A stretch of 64,000 nt of DNA from Neoechinorhynchus agilis (lineage: Eukaryota > Animalia > Acanthocephala): NCBI GenBank assembly GCA_051530055.1, contig CM121341.1:15726784-15790783 (forward strand), read 5' to 3'. The notes beneath the pieces are model-generated. The model searched no databases, was not told the origin of the DNA, and saw only the letters and a list, made by a program, of their open reading frames with translations. Below are positions 14,127-27,074 of the stretch, in pieces. A program made the position numbers and the translations under genes. Every line of letters begins with the position of its first letter. Position 1 is the first letter of the stretch.

Positions 14127-15026
14127 TCACGCCTCATACACAAAGCAATAAATTTCTACATTACAAATATTGAATCAGAAGAATTTTAATTCAAATCGCC
14201 AAATACCTTAGCAATATTATCAAAAATTCATCTTATGACCTTCAACGCGTAGACTTTTGCCTTTAGCAAAATAATTTTTGTAGAAACAACGGATCTGAAC
14301 TCATTCTCACATGCAAACAAATAAAGAAGGGCGAGATGGCGGGAGCGAATAACAAAATGTCTAAACATTATTAAAATCTCCGGTGAATCAATCACTTTTA
14401 AAGAAGCGCGATAGAAAACTTTCACAGGACGGCCAGTTCATCGCTTATATCGAACGCCATAAAAGTGATAAATCGATTTTTTACGATACGCATGAAACAT
14501 TGAGGCTTATCTTCATGAACGAAATCTCGGAAAATTTGTCCATTTTCTTGCCTGAGAAGACCACGCACATAAAGTAATATTAAAGTTCTTTAACTACATA
14601 TTCTAAATAATTCCATTAATCTGGTTTATTAAAGAAAATTCAGCAGAAATCAAATTATTAAATGAATATATTTTACAATAGTCAGCTTTTACCATACATT
14701 ATGTGCGATTATTACCGTTGAGCTCTACGATGAAGAAACGAGATGAACATGAAAGCAAAGATGTGGTTTACAGATTTCTTTGCAGCGACCAAACAAACAA
14801 TTTGGAAAAGGTACCGATGCCAGTTTCGCAATACTCAATGATTTTGCACAACGAGACCAATTAACAACGCCACCATTTTGGCGCGAAGTGAATCGAGATG
14901 GGATCGCGTTATAATTGAAGCCAGATTTATTCGCCACGTTGAAACAGTTGACTGGAGAATAAAGGGGACTTCTAACTGAATCTAAATACAGTGTGAATGT
15001 AACCATCCCTTATGTGCGTTTTTAGA

Positions 15027-15095
15027 CCTTCATAAAGGTACACGATTGTGCCGAAATATTAGTATCAATAAATTCTTTTAATTTTTCTCCAAAAA
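15027..15095 (+). mobile_element. Solo pLTR arm, family F4
   Basis: CCTTCATAAAGGTACACGATTGTGCCGAAATAT..AATAAATTCTTTTAA matches the right arm at 39900-39990. Confidence 0.6.
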
Positions 15096-15389
15096 CAAGC
15101 AAAATTCGTTTTCAGATATTCACAATTACTCATTTAAATTTATTAGCGCAAGTCAAAGACTAATCCAAGGTTCGGCTAAATACCATTTTTATATTCTTTC
15201 AAAGAAAATAGTCGTATTTGTAGAAGCACCTACGCCATAGAAAGAATTTAAGGAGGAAAAATATATTATCCACCGATCCATTACATTAATTACGTAGCAA
15301 AATAAAGAGATAGAATGTCGAACATTCTCCAGGTAACGCATATTTGACTTATCATCGAACGAAAATACTTCCGGATAGTAGGATTGGAG

Positions 15390-15445
15390 ACGTGATGATC
15401 ATAATCCTCCGGATAAAACATATTTTATTGAGATATTTCGCGATG
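15390..15445 (-). mobile_element. Solo pLTR arm, family F5
   Basis: Matches the 49066-49110 arm (ATC.TCCGGATAAAA...TTTTATTGAGATATTTC). Confidence 0.55.
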
Positions 15446-15827
15446 AAACATTATAAGTGATCTGAAAGATTTTAGTTGTATTGTATGGATCTGGTACGCG
15501 GGATTGCTCACGAAATATTTCAATGAATTTTATCATAGGATTGTGATCACCATAACTCCAATATTTGACCAATGTTCGAGTAAATCACTCGTTCTTTATT
15601 ATACGCTCATGCCTTTAATGACTTTCGGAAACTCGTTAATGCCATTCTATGAAATGAGCGATTTGGATTTACTCTTCGATGCGCATTGCTCACTCCTACA
15701 CATTTCTATACCTTTTCTGATACTAACAAACCCTAAACCCTACAAAAATGTTAGCTTAATTTATATATTTGATCTTTCCGAGAACCAATTCCGACAAAGT
15801 TTATTCTCCATAACGAATACTCACTTT

Positions 15828-16519
15828 TTATACGAGCTTCTTAGCTTGGAAAAATCCCCTTAGATGCTTCATTTGCCAAAACCCGATAATGAGTAGAACA
15901 CAGAGTTGAGCGATTGACCATCGAAACACTCGTCCGTTGATGGTTTGACTCAATTGTCTAAAGTGCTCTTCACGAGTCTACATTAGAAAATGCTATAATG
16001 TTCAATAGTACTTCGTGCGGTTTACATACTAACCCGCTGATAATTTTGCTCTTTTGCAATCTGCGCTGCTTGATCAATCAGCTGACGCAGTCGTAACTGG
16101 AGCTCAGACAACTTTTCAGCTACGCCGACTTTCTCGTAATCGATAGTATGTTCCCCGATCGCAATGTCAAGATGAACGCGGACAGTCGATCCACCAAACC
16201 AAGCCGAAGAGTTTGTTTTTAAACAAATCACATGTTCGCCAGCAGTGTGAGACGTGAACGTGAATTGCCCAGAAGATGTGTAAAGTTTATTCATCATTTC
16301 CTTGTTGTCCGGGTCACGAACCTGTACGAAAATCCCGAACTTTGTGTCGCCATCTACAAACGTCCTCGACTGAGGATCCGCCATTTGCAAACGGTACTTC
16401 CCTACCACTTGAGTATCTTCGGGAATTTCTTCAATAAAGCATTTCTCGTCTGTCTCACGGATGTCGAAGAAAAGACCGTTGACTAATATTGGAAGGAGCA
16501 GAAGATATGCCGTAAACAT
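15828..16519 (-). CDS. TMED9: p24 alpha family protein (TMED9/TMED4-like), 2 exons
   Basis: Signal peptide, [12 protein letters not shown] domain, [15 protein letters not shown], coiled coil, [10 protein letters not shown]; canonical ~56 nt GT-AG intron. Confidence 0.92.
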
Positions 16520-16933
16520 CTAAAACGAAAGTAGTCAATAAGGTCGAATTTTAATAATTAAATCTTTCGGTGAAATAAACTTAAGCGCTTGAACAACATC
16601 AAGGTTCTTTTAAATTTGGAGCGATGAGACCTATGTAGAAGTTGTGCTTGCCGATCATTTCTGGTAACCGCCGGTCCGTGCTCCACAAACGAAGCCAATC
16701 GAACCTGGGCATTGTAGGCGATACACCAAGAAGGGTGCAATTACCTAAAAAAAATTAAAGGCGAAACAAGCAGGATCCAAATCCTATTGTTGCTGGCTAA
16801 AACGATTGCCAAAAATGATCAGATGAATTATAGGATTTCGAGATTGTCTAACGACGACGACACGATATTTAAAAACAATCCAACCATAAGCTTTATAATA
16901 GACATCATTCGTACAGATATTAAAACGCAGAAA

Positions 16934-17876
16934 CTAACTTCTAGAGCGATTTACTATATCGATAAGTTCACTAAGATCTCGGACATCATTCTCCGATCGT
17001 TTTTCGTTAAAGTGCGTGATCAGTCGATCGGGTCGACAGAGCCAGATAAGACGAAGACACATTGGGCCAAAGAACCGAGTTGAATGCAGTAGATCGTACG
17101 CACCAATGTCGTCTACTCCATTGATCACGCCGAGAATGCGTGACCTATGGTCAAGATATGTGAGAATACACACGGTCGCATACCTATAAAGAATGAGATG
17201 ACGCACAAAATTGATTTGGCATCAAAGAATCTACCCGTACGAATTCCGGATCGTATGGTTCGTATTGGTGACAAGCTGCTTCCAAAATGAACTCGTGTTT
17301 ATTGGCGTTCAATGCATCTTCCAAGAATGGATCGTGGAACATTTCTGGGGGCTGAATCGATCGGTATGGTCGATCAAAGAACAGTTGAATCCATCGCTGG
17401 CGTTGTTCACTAGACGCATGTTCCAAATTTCCGTTCGGTTGCCGGACGACCACAACTCTGTCCTGTAGTAAATTTAAAAAAGGATTGTGTTTAAGCGCTT
17501 TAATTTATAGCGCTAACCCGATCATCAACGTCACTGATATCCACAAATCCATAAGGAATGTCAGAATGGTTCTCCAGTTCGGGATCGGTTTCGATAATTC
17601 CACTAGGACATTTAATTGGATCGAGAACTGGCGGCATTTGAAGAACGGTCTTCCTCACAGTTTCCATGGAAGTTTGAATTGCCTGCTCATTTAAAAAGTA
17701 AGCTAAATATAAAGATCTTTGCGTACCTTTTGATATTGGTCTTGTGTTAGTAAACAGACTTTAGATTTATCAAGACCAGGGCATCGCTGAAACACCCGTT
17801 TAATGTCAAATCCTGTAATTCTGTAGAGGAGCCGCTGTACCGTTGGCATTATGAAAACCTTCTCTATACTTGTCAT
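16934..17876 (-). CDS. MRPS22: Mitochondrial ribosomal protein S22 (3' end unresolved)
   Basis: LQMPPVL, DRVVVVRQPNGNLEHAS..QR.RWIQLFF, CHQYEP.DP.F, YDLLHSTRFFG; three GT-AG introns plus one TA-bounded insert. Confidence 0.85.
17114..17158 (-). other. TA-bounded hairpin intervening sequence in MRPS22 (43 nt removed)
   Basis: Stem CCATAGGTCACGC/GCGTGATCAATGG; removal fixes a stop and frameshift, giving RVYSHIDDIGAYDLL. Confidence 0.8.
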
Positions 17877-17935
17877 CTATGTTTAAAAAAAGGGAAATGC
17901 GATTTTTCCTCGTATCAAAAATTGAAGACTCATAT

Positions 17936-20349
17936 TTATTCCTTTTTCTCATGTTCAGCATTTATTTGCCCTTGTGCCTCAACGTCCTCGATTCGGCGAT
18001 CTCCAACAAGTCCAAACTCATTAACCCGCGTGAAGTCAACTTTATAGATCCACATTTGGTAAAGATAAATAAAAAAGACAATATCGTCCCTGAAGCAACT
18101 AATCCGGTAAAGGATTGGTGTTTTGACAACAAAAGCAAAGATATCATCGACAAAAGTATTCAGTGCTTTATAGGTCATCATTCTCCATGGTAAATGAGCC
18201 ACGGATTTTAGTTTGTAGTTTATGAACAGTTGTGGGGTCATCATGATGAACCCGAACGTTAAAAGAAATCCGTAGATCATTGATAGAAGCCAACTGTACC
18301 ATCCTCGGTGTTCGTTGTATATCAAAGAGTAGATGGCATAGCTGCACACTAAAGGGAATAGTACCACTGACAGGTATTTGAACGCCGTCTGAAATTGAAG
18401 AGTGGAAAATTGGAGATTATAAGTAGACAAAGGAGTCTAACCTTGTCGTATTCACTTGTGGACGAATCAACGTAAGACGATGTGAAACTCACTTTAACGG
18501 AATACGGAAACAACCCCTGTCTTCGATCAACCTAAAAGAAAAAACCTCAATATGCAGAAACGACAATGCTGTAAAAATTAAAGTAGTTCTATTGAATCCG
18601 ATTGTTTTCGGACGCACAGTATTGTGCGCATTCTTTACCCAAATGTTGTTTGTAAGTTAACAATCGGATTCAATGAAACTACTTTAATTTTTAATCTCCA
18701 AACATAAACAGTGGCACACCTTCTTTTTACGCATGGGATTACGGAAGAAGCTAATTTTTGTCAAATTTAACGTTTACCTTCACGTTCAAGCACTTTGGCA
18801 CTTTCCAAATTTCCAAAAGGAATCCAAGAAACGCACTGATTCTAATCCCGAAATTGCTTTGATTATCGAAAACGTACAGCATCACAATAAGACTCGAGAA
18901 TATATTGAAGAGCATAGATCGTACGGAGAGTCCTTGAAGGTCGGTTTTGTTTCGCCAGAATTGGATATCATTTTTGAATGCAAGGAATTCGAAGAAGGTA
19001 TGTGCTATGGACACAATTACAGTGAGGACCAAAATGTAGATATTAGTTTCAAGAAGACTTTGCTTAATGAGATCTTGTCCGTCTAAGTCGACATCTTCAC
19101 CACCGGCGGATAATACTGAAGACCACATGGGTTTCACTTCCTGACTTAAGTAAAGTTGAAGTTTCCATAGGCGTAATGGAGCGAAGATGAGGTTCAGATC
19201 GACTTCCTTTACGGTTTCGTTAAGCTCAAAATACTCGGAGTTCAGGTTCCAGTAATCGTTTAGGTCATGCGCAGATAATCTATGGTCTCTAAACAAAGAA
19301 GTTGATTCGGAATTTAAGGGACTATTTACCAGCAGAGCACGTTTATCTACGAACCCAACCTTTAAGAAGGTATAAAACTAAAAATTGTTTGTTTTCTGCG
19401 CTTAAAAATAGTCTGCTGATTTTGTCAAATAAAAACGGATGCTTTTGCATGTTCTGTTGATTTTGTTAAACTAACAAGCAGGAAATTAGAAAGTGACTAC
19501 TGTCGGTTTGTGTCGTTTACAGAATCTTCTAATATCTACCTTGTCCCACATAAGTCCGCGGCGATTCTAGACTTGGGTGGAAGGCACCAGGAACTAATTA
19601 ATCTTTCTCGAATCTACAAAAACGTCCATTGAAATTATCCACACATGACATAGATAAACCATGGGAAAATAGGTTGTTTTCGACGCTAGTTTAACGTATC
19701 TATCGAATGGAGGAGCTAGTTTTGAAGCGGACCATTGTGTTTGATCGTCAATTATGTTGATGGTCATGTTTGGATGAAAAAACGAGAGTATCTCAACAAC
19801 TTGTAGTTCGGCTTTACGTTGGTATTCTTGATCATGATCGGTTTGTCCAGTTAAAAGGTTCTTTGTTTGATGATAGGACCTGCGTCGATATTTGTTTAGC
19901 TGTTTCGTCTGACAGAAGGCACTTTGTCGATCAAACGGGTTTCCGGATTCAGTGAAACAAGCGTGAACGTAAAAAGATCCATTGTTTTGAACATGTTCAC
20001 TGAGTTTGACTTTTCCGGATTTCTTAAAAGAGCCGTCTTTCCCCTGTGAATAATCAGCGTACCTGATTTGCCTTTGTATCCAAAAAGGCTCGATCCCCGG
20101 CGCTAGTGTTTCTTCGTCACTTACAAATACAAACATATCGAATACTGTGCGTCGAGGAACGTATAAATTCTGAAGAAGATTGCTTCCCGCGTCGGACGGT
20201 TGAACAATTCGGTCCGGTTGGGGCCTGAACATCCTCATCACAAGATACGTTATGGCCAACTGAATGGCAATACGACGTATCTTGTCGAAAAGAGAATCTC
20301 TGGACTCGGCTCGTTGCGGCGCGCCATTCGTCGTGGGTGGCTCACTCAT
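17936..20349 (-). CDS. CLPTM1: Cleft lip and palate transmembrane protein 1 (lipid scramblase family)
   Basis: HPNMTINIIDD, NDYWNL, FEFLAFKNDIQFW, FIMMTPQLFINYKLKSVAHLPWR, YQMWIYKVD. Confidence 0.95.
19261..19652 (-). other. TA-bounded intervening sequence with 16-bp terminal stem in CLPTM1 (390 nt removed)
   Basis: TA-T-GTCATGTGTGGATAAT ... ATTATCTGCGCATGAC-C-TA; removal gives YFPMVYLNDYWNL. Confidence 0.85.
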
Positions 20350-21611
20350 GTCTTTTTTTTGTTCGTTCGTAAAAGTCTAAAATGTCTCCCTTAGGTAATT
20401 AGGCCTTCTTCCGTGTCTTCACGGTGCGAGAAATGTTGCCATATTGTGGGACGTTGAAACATGAAACGATCGGCTGATTTAACTGAAGAACAAAAGTCGA
20501 AGTTACTACGTTCAGAAGATGGATTTTATCGTGATATTGCGGATTTAGTCGAACATATTCTTGTCACGATCGAGACAATGAAGCGATCACGTCATCTGGG
20601 ATGACGTTGTCAAATTTCGATTTTTATGTCTTGAATACTGATAATCCAGACATTATTTCGAAGAATTATCGTTCTACGACCTTCTTTTTTATCGAACCTA
20701 TTCGTACATGGGTCCTAGTCTTTGTTAATTACCAAATAATGACAATGCTTGCCACTATTTCCCTATTATCCAACGTGAAATATCCGAAATAAATTTAGTG
20801 TCAATTCAAATCTGAGCGTTGTTCTACCAATATAAAATTTCTGTTTAGTGAGAACCTAACCGTTTAACTTTGACAGCAAAAGATGCTGCTCGAGAATTTA
20901 AATCCCTTGGGTTATTGTGTTTGTGATGGGAAAAGAAACTTTCATTTGGTAGTTATACCTCGGATTTAAATTGACTAATTTATTTCTGACGTGAAATATC
21001 CGAAATAAATTTAGTGTCAATTCAAACCCGAGGAGTGGTATTACTACCAAAAGAAAGAATTTTAATGTTATCTCCTTGTTTGTTTTGCAATGCAAATAGA
21101 ACCTTTGACTTTATTACACTTGGGGCATTGGCTAATGGTTATTTTAAAAAATTCACTATTGGGCATTAAATAGTGTCTCTCTCATATTTCCGAGGTCGAA
21201 TAATTTCAGTATACAGCACGAACTTTGAATTAGGAATTTCGATAAGGCTTACTCGTTTTTATTGTCGTTTCTTGAAAATATCAGTGGTCGCAAATCGCAA
21301 CAAAAATGGGTTTATTCCGGATTATATGGGCTACAAGCCTTTATTTTTATCGTGTTGCAAACCAAATTCGTGAATTTTCGACTTTTTCAAAAAAGGGCAA
21401 ACTTCCAAGTTTGTTTTCTTTTATTACTTTTTAAAAATGGATTAATGAATATGACTGAGAATTGTGATTTTTTATCGTCATTTCCCTTCTTTGATCTTTT
21501 TCTTGTTTTTGAACACCTCAAGACTAGATTTACGCACATTAGTAAATTTCCTCTTCTACTAGGCTGAAGACGTCATCCCGGGATAGAGCAATTAAGCGTG
21601 AACAATATGCG

Positions 21612-22265
21612 ATGACACGGCACCCGAAATCAAGAGAAAAAAAGACCAAAAAGCGGAATCGGCCAAAAGCGGGATCGACTAAACCAACAGCGTGCAATAC
21701 AATGGCGCAATCCGAATGCCAACTTCGCATGGTTCTCGATTGTCAGTTTCAGCATTTGATGACCTATAAAGATCTTTTAGGATGCGCTCATCAGATCCGA
21801 TATGTGTTTGCATGCAACCGGCGTCTACAGAATCCCACTCAGCTTTTCCTAACCAATCTAGAACTCTCAATCGAGAGCATACTCGCACGTAGTAATGTTT
21901 ACAATTGGGATATTCATTTAAAAAAGGAAAATCTCTTGACTGTATTCGATGTGCCGAGATCTTCAATAGTCTATTTGACTCCCGATTCACCTAATGTTCT
22001 GGATCAACTGGACAAAGATAAGGTTTACGTGATTGGATGTATCGTAGATCGTAATCTTTTTAAGAAAGTGTCCCTCAGATATGCCGAAGAACACGGACTC
22101 AGTCATGCCCGATTACCAATTCAAGAAAATGTTCCGAAACTTAAGAAATACGTTCTGACGATCGATCAAGTGTTCGGTATGTTAGCTACTTTTATTGAAA
22201 CTGACCAGTGGTCCGAAGCCGTACGGAGACACGTGCCGATGCGGCTCGTTAACCATAGAAACTGA
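21612..22265 (+). CDS. TRMT10: tRNA m1G9 methyltransferase (Trm10/SPOUT family); N-terminus may extend upstream
   Basis: VLDCQF..LM, IVYLTPDSPNVL, VYVIGCIVDRN, ARLPI, VLTIDQVF. Confidence 0.9.
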   Translation: MTRHPKSREKKTKKRNRPKAGSTKPTACNTMAQSECQLRMVLDCQFQHLMTYKDLLGCAHQIRYVFACNRRLQNPTQLFLTNLELSIESILARSNVYNWDIHLKKENLLTVFDVPRSSIVYLTPDSPNVLDQLDKDKVYVIGCIVDRNLFKKVSLRYAEEHGLSHARLPIQENVPKLKKYVLTIDQVFGMLATFIETDQWSEAVRRHVPMRLVNHRN

Positions 22266-22379
22266 TTTAGTTCTGATTTTTTAAATAACAGGATATCGTA
22301 GTGATCATTGCAGTTTCGAAGTGCACGATGGCAAGAACTTTTTTGTTGCCGGTTATATTGATTAATTGTTTTTTAAACC

Positions 22380-22520
22380 TTCCTTCCTCGGTTTTTTAGT
22401 TTTACTTCTTGGCATGATACCATACCAATATCTTACATCAGAAAGGTGATTGAATCACTTAGACTCATATGTGTGTGGTAATGAGTTTGTACATCCCTCC
22501 GGATTCTCAGATACCTCTCT
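22380..22520 (-). mobile_element. 3' fragment of the tRNA-derived SINE family
   Basis: Near-identical to 37480-37610. Confidence 0.7.
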
Positions 22521-23120
22521 TGCTGGGCTTTCGAGCTAACGTCCGTGGCTTGGTGTGAACGGGAGCTGGGAATTTCTAGCAAAACAGTCGCGGATTGGAA
22601 TACGTACCTGCGTGAAGTGTGCGTATTTTCTGTAAAACAACAAAAACTGTGGAAAAATCGGAGGAGTGGGCAAAGTAGTTGAAGTAGACGAAACCTTGTT
22701 CTCCAAAAGGAAGAATAACTCAAGAAGGATGTTGCCTCAACAGTGGGTGTTTGGAGGGTTGTGTAGGGATACCGGTTCAAACTGAACTGCAAAAACCCTA
22801 CTCTTCCAACAAATACGGCTTAACGTTGAGCCAGAGTCAACAATTATTTCCGATTGTTGAAGGGCTACAGCACAGCTGAGCTGCAGAAAGCTCGCTTCAC
22901 TCACATGACTGTCAATCACAGTTATAATTTTGTGGACCAACAAACCGGAACGTGCACCCAGCAAGTCGAAAGAATGTGGGATTCCGCAAAATAGAGGAAC
23001 AAACGGCACAGAGGAACAGCCCGTCATCATTTAAAATCGTCGGCGGCAGTGCTGGCGGGAGGTCGAGCTCCCTTCGACATGATTCTTCAAGACATCTATG
23101 CGTTCCGGACTGTTGCTTTG
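22510..23120 (+). mobile_element. Merlin / IS1595 (ISXO2-like) DDE transposase pseudogene
   Basis: VVEVDETLFSKRKNN..R..PQQWVFGG, STIISDCW, VNHSYNFVD..TG.CTQ.VE..W. Confidence 0.85.
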
Positions 23121-23222
23121 CACGATTAGCTTATGTTATTATTATAATTTTGTTGCTAAACAATAATATTTTCACTATATTTTGGTATATTTATTTATTA
23201 ATAACCTAACGTCACTTTTTAC

Positions 23223-23816
23223 GTGTGGTCAGCCGTCGCTCTACGTTTAGGACTTCCAACCTGTGCCCCACACCAGTGCCGATGTGGAATAAAAGTTGAC
23301 GTGCTCGGGAGACATGGACTCTACTGCAAGAGATCGAGCGGTCGTTTCCCAAGGCACGCAGAGCTCAACGCGATCATTAGCAGAGCTCTGAACTCGATCC
23401 ACGTTCCAACCATCCTGGAGCCCAATCACCTCTGTCGCTCGGATGGTAAGCGTCCCGACGGTATAACCGTTTTCCCTTGGAAAGAAGGGAAGAGTCTAAT
23501 TTGGGACGCAACATGCGTGGACTCACTCGCCATGTCCAACCGGCAAGATGCTTTAGCGGAGACGGGAGGAGCAGCGAGTGCCGCCGAAAGGAGGAAAGCG
23601 GAGAAATACAATGAGCTGAAACAAAATTACATTTTCCTTCCTTTCGGCGTGGAGACACAAGGGGCGCTGGGATCTTCGGCACGAAGCTTTTGTGCCGAAC
23701 TCGGAAGACGACTTGCAGCAGAAACAGGGGAGCGACGCGAGAGGATTTTCCTGATCCAAAGAATAAGCCTCGCAATCCAACGAGGAAATGCGGTCAGCGT
23801 CCGGGGGACGATTTAA
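23223..23816 (+). mobile_element. CRE-type RLE fragment (open 197-aa frame)
   Basis: LRLGLPTCAPHQCRCG..VDVLGRHGLYC, RPDG, WDATCVD, GVETQG, QRISLAIQRGNA. Confidence 0.9.
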
Positions 23817-24039
23817 TCATTTTAAAATAAATTGTAGAACATGAAAAAAAATACATAAGTACCAAGCGCCTATTTGCTAGTCAATTTATAGACAAAATCT
23901 TTAGCAATTAAAATAACTTAGCCAATTTTAATTAATGTTGATCTGACCAATACAGACGGGAAAACTTTAATTATGTCTCAAAATAATCTCTTTAACTTGG
24001 GGTGCGACGCAATGGAGAAATGCAGAAGAGACAACTGAC

Positions 24040-24600
24040 TCATTTTTTTCAATACAACTTGATGCTAAAGGCAAGATCTTATCATTATGAACTTTCTTTA
24101 ATCGCAAAATGGAGCCGTTTCACCCAACATTGCCCGGGAAAGCTTAATTAATAATCCTTCTAACGAGCTTGAATTTCGTTCTCCACTAATCAAATAATCT
24201 TTTTAAATTTGAATCAATTAACAACTGATAAGTCAAATGATTTGGACAATATTTTCCGATAAAGACGTTTTTCGACAGTTAATAACCCGGGTAGAGAAAA
24301 AAGTAACTCTCTTTATCGATATTGCTGTTCTGTTGATCTTCATTACAGATATATTTTATTGAGTAATTGGTTTGAGGATCGCGTCAATAACCAAAGCAGA
24401 CTTTTAAATTCCAAACAAAGCAAATGGTCATCAGAAATCTTAATCCAAGATTCCCAAGGGTCGAAACCTGTACTTTATCCTAAGAAACAATATTTGACTA
24501 TTTATATGGTAAAAGTATACGTCATGTTGCTTATGACCCGTAACGTCACATGCCCACTAACTTTGAAGATATCATACGCCTTAAAAGCGCCCATTCATCT
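24040..24600 (+). mobile_element. Possible highly decayed hAT (Buster-like) transposase remnant
   Basis: FFSIQLD and TQHCxxxLN-like segments only. Confidence 0.25.
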
Positions 24601-24664
24601 CCTTGGAGTTTAAAAAATTGACCGATTCCCTGTGAGTTAAACTTCTTATTTTTTATCGCAATTA

Positions 24665-24762
24665 AGCTGGAATTGTTCATGCTTTTTATATGACGGAAAT
24701 TATTTTAGTAATTTTTTGAATTCAATGTTTCGGCACACAATCCTGTGCCTTTATCAGAGTTG
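24665..24762 (-). mobile_element. Solo pLTR arm plus tail, family F4
   Basis: Minus strand CTGATAAAGGCAC..GTGCCGAAAC followed by tail CATATAAAAAGCATGAACAATTC. Confidence 0.65.
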
Positions 24763-24889
24763 TTAAAATGTTTTGTCCGCACTGAGCCAAATTATCAGAT
24801 TCATTAAATTACTCCAATTTTTTCCGCAATATAAAAACACTTTCTAAAATCCTATATTCTGGTTGCGGTAATCTTTGCGGGTTTAAAAC

Positions 24890-25560
24890 TTTTTCTCTCC
24901 TTAACCTCTAACGAAATCATCCACATCAAAGATTTCTGCATCAATCACAAACTATACCCGAATTTCTCTAAATGCTTCGAGTTGATTTCCTCACTCTACC
25001 ACAATCCAATATCCTACCCCAATCTTCCTAATGACATCAAACGAGTTATCTCCCTTAGAATTCTGGGTCTCCAATTTCAATCAATTCTGAAATGGGATTC
25101 CTACATTACATCTTCCTTCGAACGCAATACTTTTAAAATTTACCACTTCAAACGCTTCCGTCATTTCAGACTCTATTAGCCCGATCTCTCAAATGTTTCT
25201 TCGGATTTATTTTACCCTCCCTGGGCTACGGCTTGCAACCTTTGCCAATCACAAATTCTTCGCCTTGAATCGTTTCACAAAGAAGAGCGTCTAAAATTTT
25301 CACAGCTGATTTTCCCCAGCTCACCGAATGCTTGCATAAAACACCGCCCCTTTTTCCATACTCCCCAATCTTCTTGGATATAATCTCTCCTGTCATCAAT
25401 AAACGGCAATATCCACTGGAACTTGCATCCCCCAACCGGATCTTCCCACCAGACCGAACCAGTAATATGCTAAATAATTAACAACCGCATTCATTGAACA
25501 ACTCTGAACTTGAGTGTTCATGAGGACCCAAAGGTACATGGGTCATCGTTAATTAACAAA
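24890..25560 (+). mobile_element. CR1/L2-group LINE 3' fragment with terminal hairpin
   Basis: KRVISLRILGLQFQS.LKWD; ATGAGGACCCAAAGGTACATGGGTC at ~25520. Confidence 0.75.
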
Positions 25561-25621
25561 TAAACGTGTTATTATAGTGGAACTATGTGGTCGCTTAGGC
25601 TATTAGTTTTGGCTTTTCTAG

Positions 25622-26872
25622 ATGAGTGAAACGAAAAACGTCGACAAAAACTATATTGATCGTCAAAGGCGTATTGATGCCCTTTACAAGATGAGGTAAG
25701 AGCTTTTTCTCATTTCTGAACAAAATCGTGTCCTTATATTTAAGTATGGAGATGATGGCTCACACAAATACATACACCGCAACAATGCCAAAGCTAACTA
25801 ATGAACCTAAATGGATTCCGCGAAAGTTTGACCCGAAAAAGTTTGCAATTTTCTTAAAAAAACTTCTAGTTTCCAATTTTTTTCACTTAGATTTGGTGAC
25901 AAACCAAGGCTTAGTAGGTCGCAACCAACCAAGAAATATAATTTTCAACCATCTAAACCATTGAACATCGGCTTGGATTTGGTTACAATGAAACCATTTG
26001 ATGAACCAAGTAAAAAAGTTTACGAGGACTGTAGATCTGGACTACGAGATAGTACTTTAATTGATGACATTGACATTGAATTGTATTTTGAGGAAGAAGA
26101 CCTTATTCAACGGCAGAATGCCAAGAATACAAATGCTGCTGAAGCGGAAAAGCAGCGACTAGAGGATGAGACTGAAGAAGTAAGAGCTTTGGAAGAGATC
26201 GCTGCCCAAAAATTGGAAGTTGAATCAAAGAATAACTATCCAGATTATAGATTTAGAGATTATCGCCTCAAAGTAGCCAAAGAAAGTTTTGAGAAAGCAG
26301 ACAAAGTAATACTCGAACATCCGGAAACTCGATTTAAGCTCAAGGATGTAACACCACTTTTGCCCGATATGCGAATGTGCAAATACAAATTCGATCATTT
26401 GATTTTTCAATCTGAACTAAAATCAGTTCCAGATATTAAAGTTGCTTCCGTTAATGATCTGATGGTATTTAAAGGGATTGTTGAAACCAAGAAACGTGGA
26501 GCTGTTCAATGCTTTATCCCCGTGGATTCGATTACAAATGCAGATATACCCGTTGAAGTAGAGGCCGGTACCTGTCTCCAGTACGAACATCCACAAATGT
26601 ATCAGTATCAATTGCTTAATCAACCTGAGGATAAAGCAGAAAAGAATTATCTCATAGTAAAACGCGACGACGCTCACTGTTTCATTCCAATCGATACGAA
26701 GTAAGCCGTTTTTGAAACTAAAACGAACACTCGTTCTATGTGCAGGATTTGTATTCAAAAATTACCAATTATAGAATCTGTCACTAATCAACGATCTGTA
26801 GTGCTGGAGTTTGTTGAAGAAAGCGACGCAGAAAAGGCTTTGCAGGAGGCAAGATTGAACAAGATCGCCTAG
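25622..26872 (+). CDS. PAF1: RNA polymerase II-associated factor 1 homologue (divergent), 4 exons
   Basis: MP...EPKWIP..FDPKKF, LNIGLDL, ESFEKA....HP......PLLPD, NYLIVK, ALQEARL; three GT-AG introns. Confidence 0.72.
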
Positions 26873-27074
26873 GATGGTATAACTGCAACTTTTTGTTTTC
26901 TTCTTAAAATATTGCGTTGCCCTTATTGGTATGAATTTTCGACTATACAGAATCACCTCATTCGAAGCTAACTGCTACAACATAACCTCGTCTTCCGTTG
27001 TTATAAACTATTAGATTTTTCGATGATTTGCAATATCCAGTTGATTTTTTCCATTCGTATTTTAAAGAACATTT

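Noticed and set aside
16632-16832. Possible further TA-bounded insert at the MRPS22 3' end (14-bp stem 16651-16664 / 16809-16822)
   Set aside because: The stem is real, but several TA pairings and frames are possible and none gave a convincing C-terminus; left unresolved.
25841-25890. Apparent frameshift in PAF1
   Set aside because: Fully explained by a canonical 50-nt GT-AG intron that restores homologue spacing, so it is not an insert of the new class.
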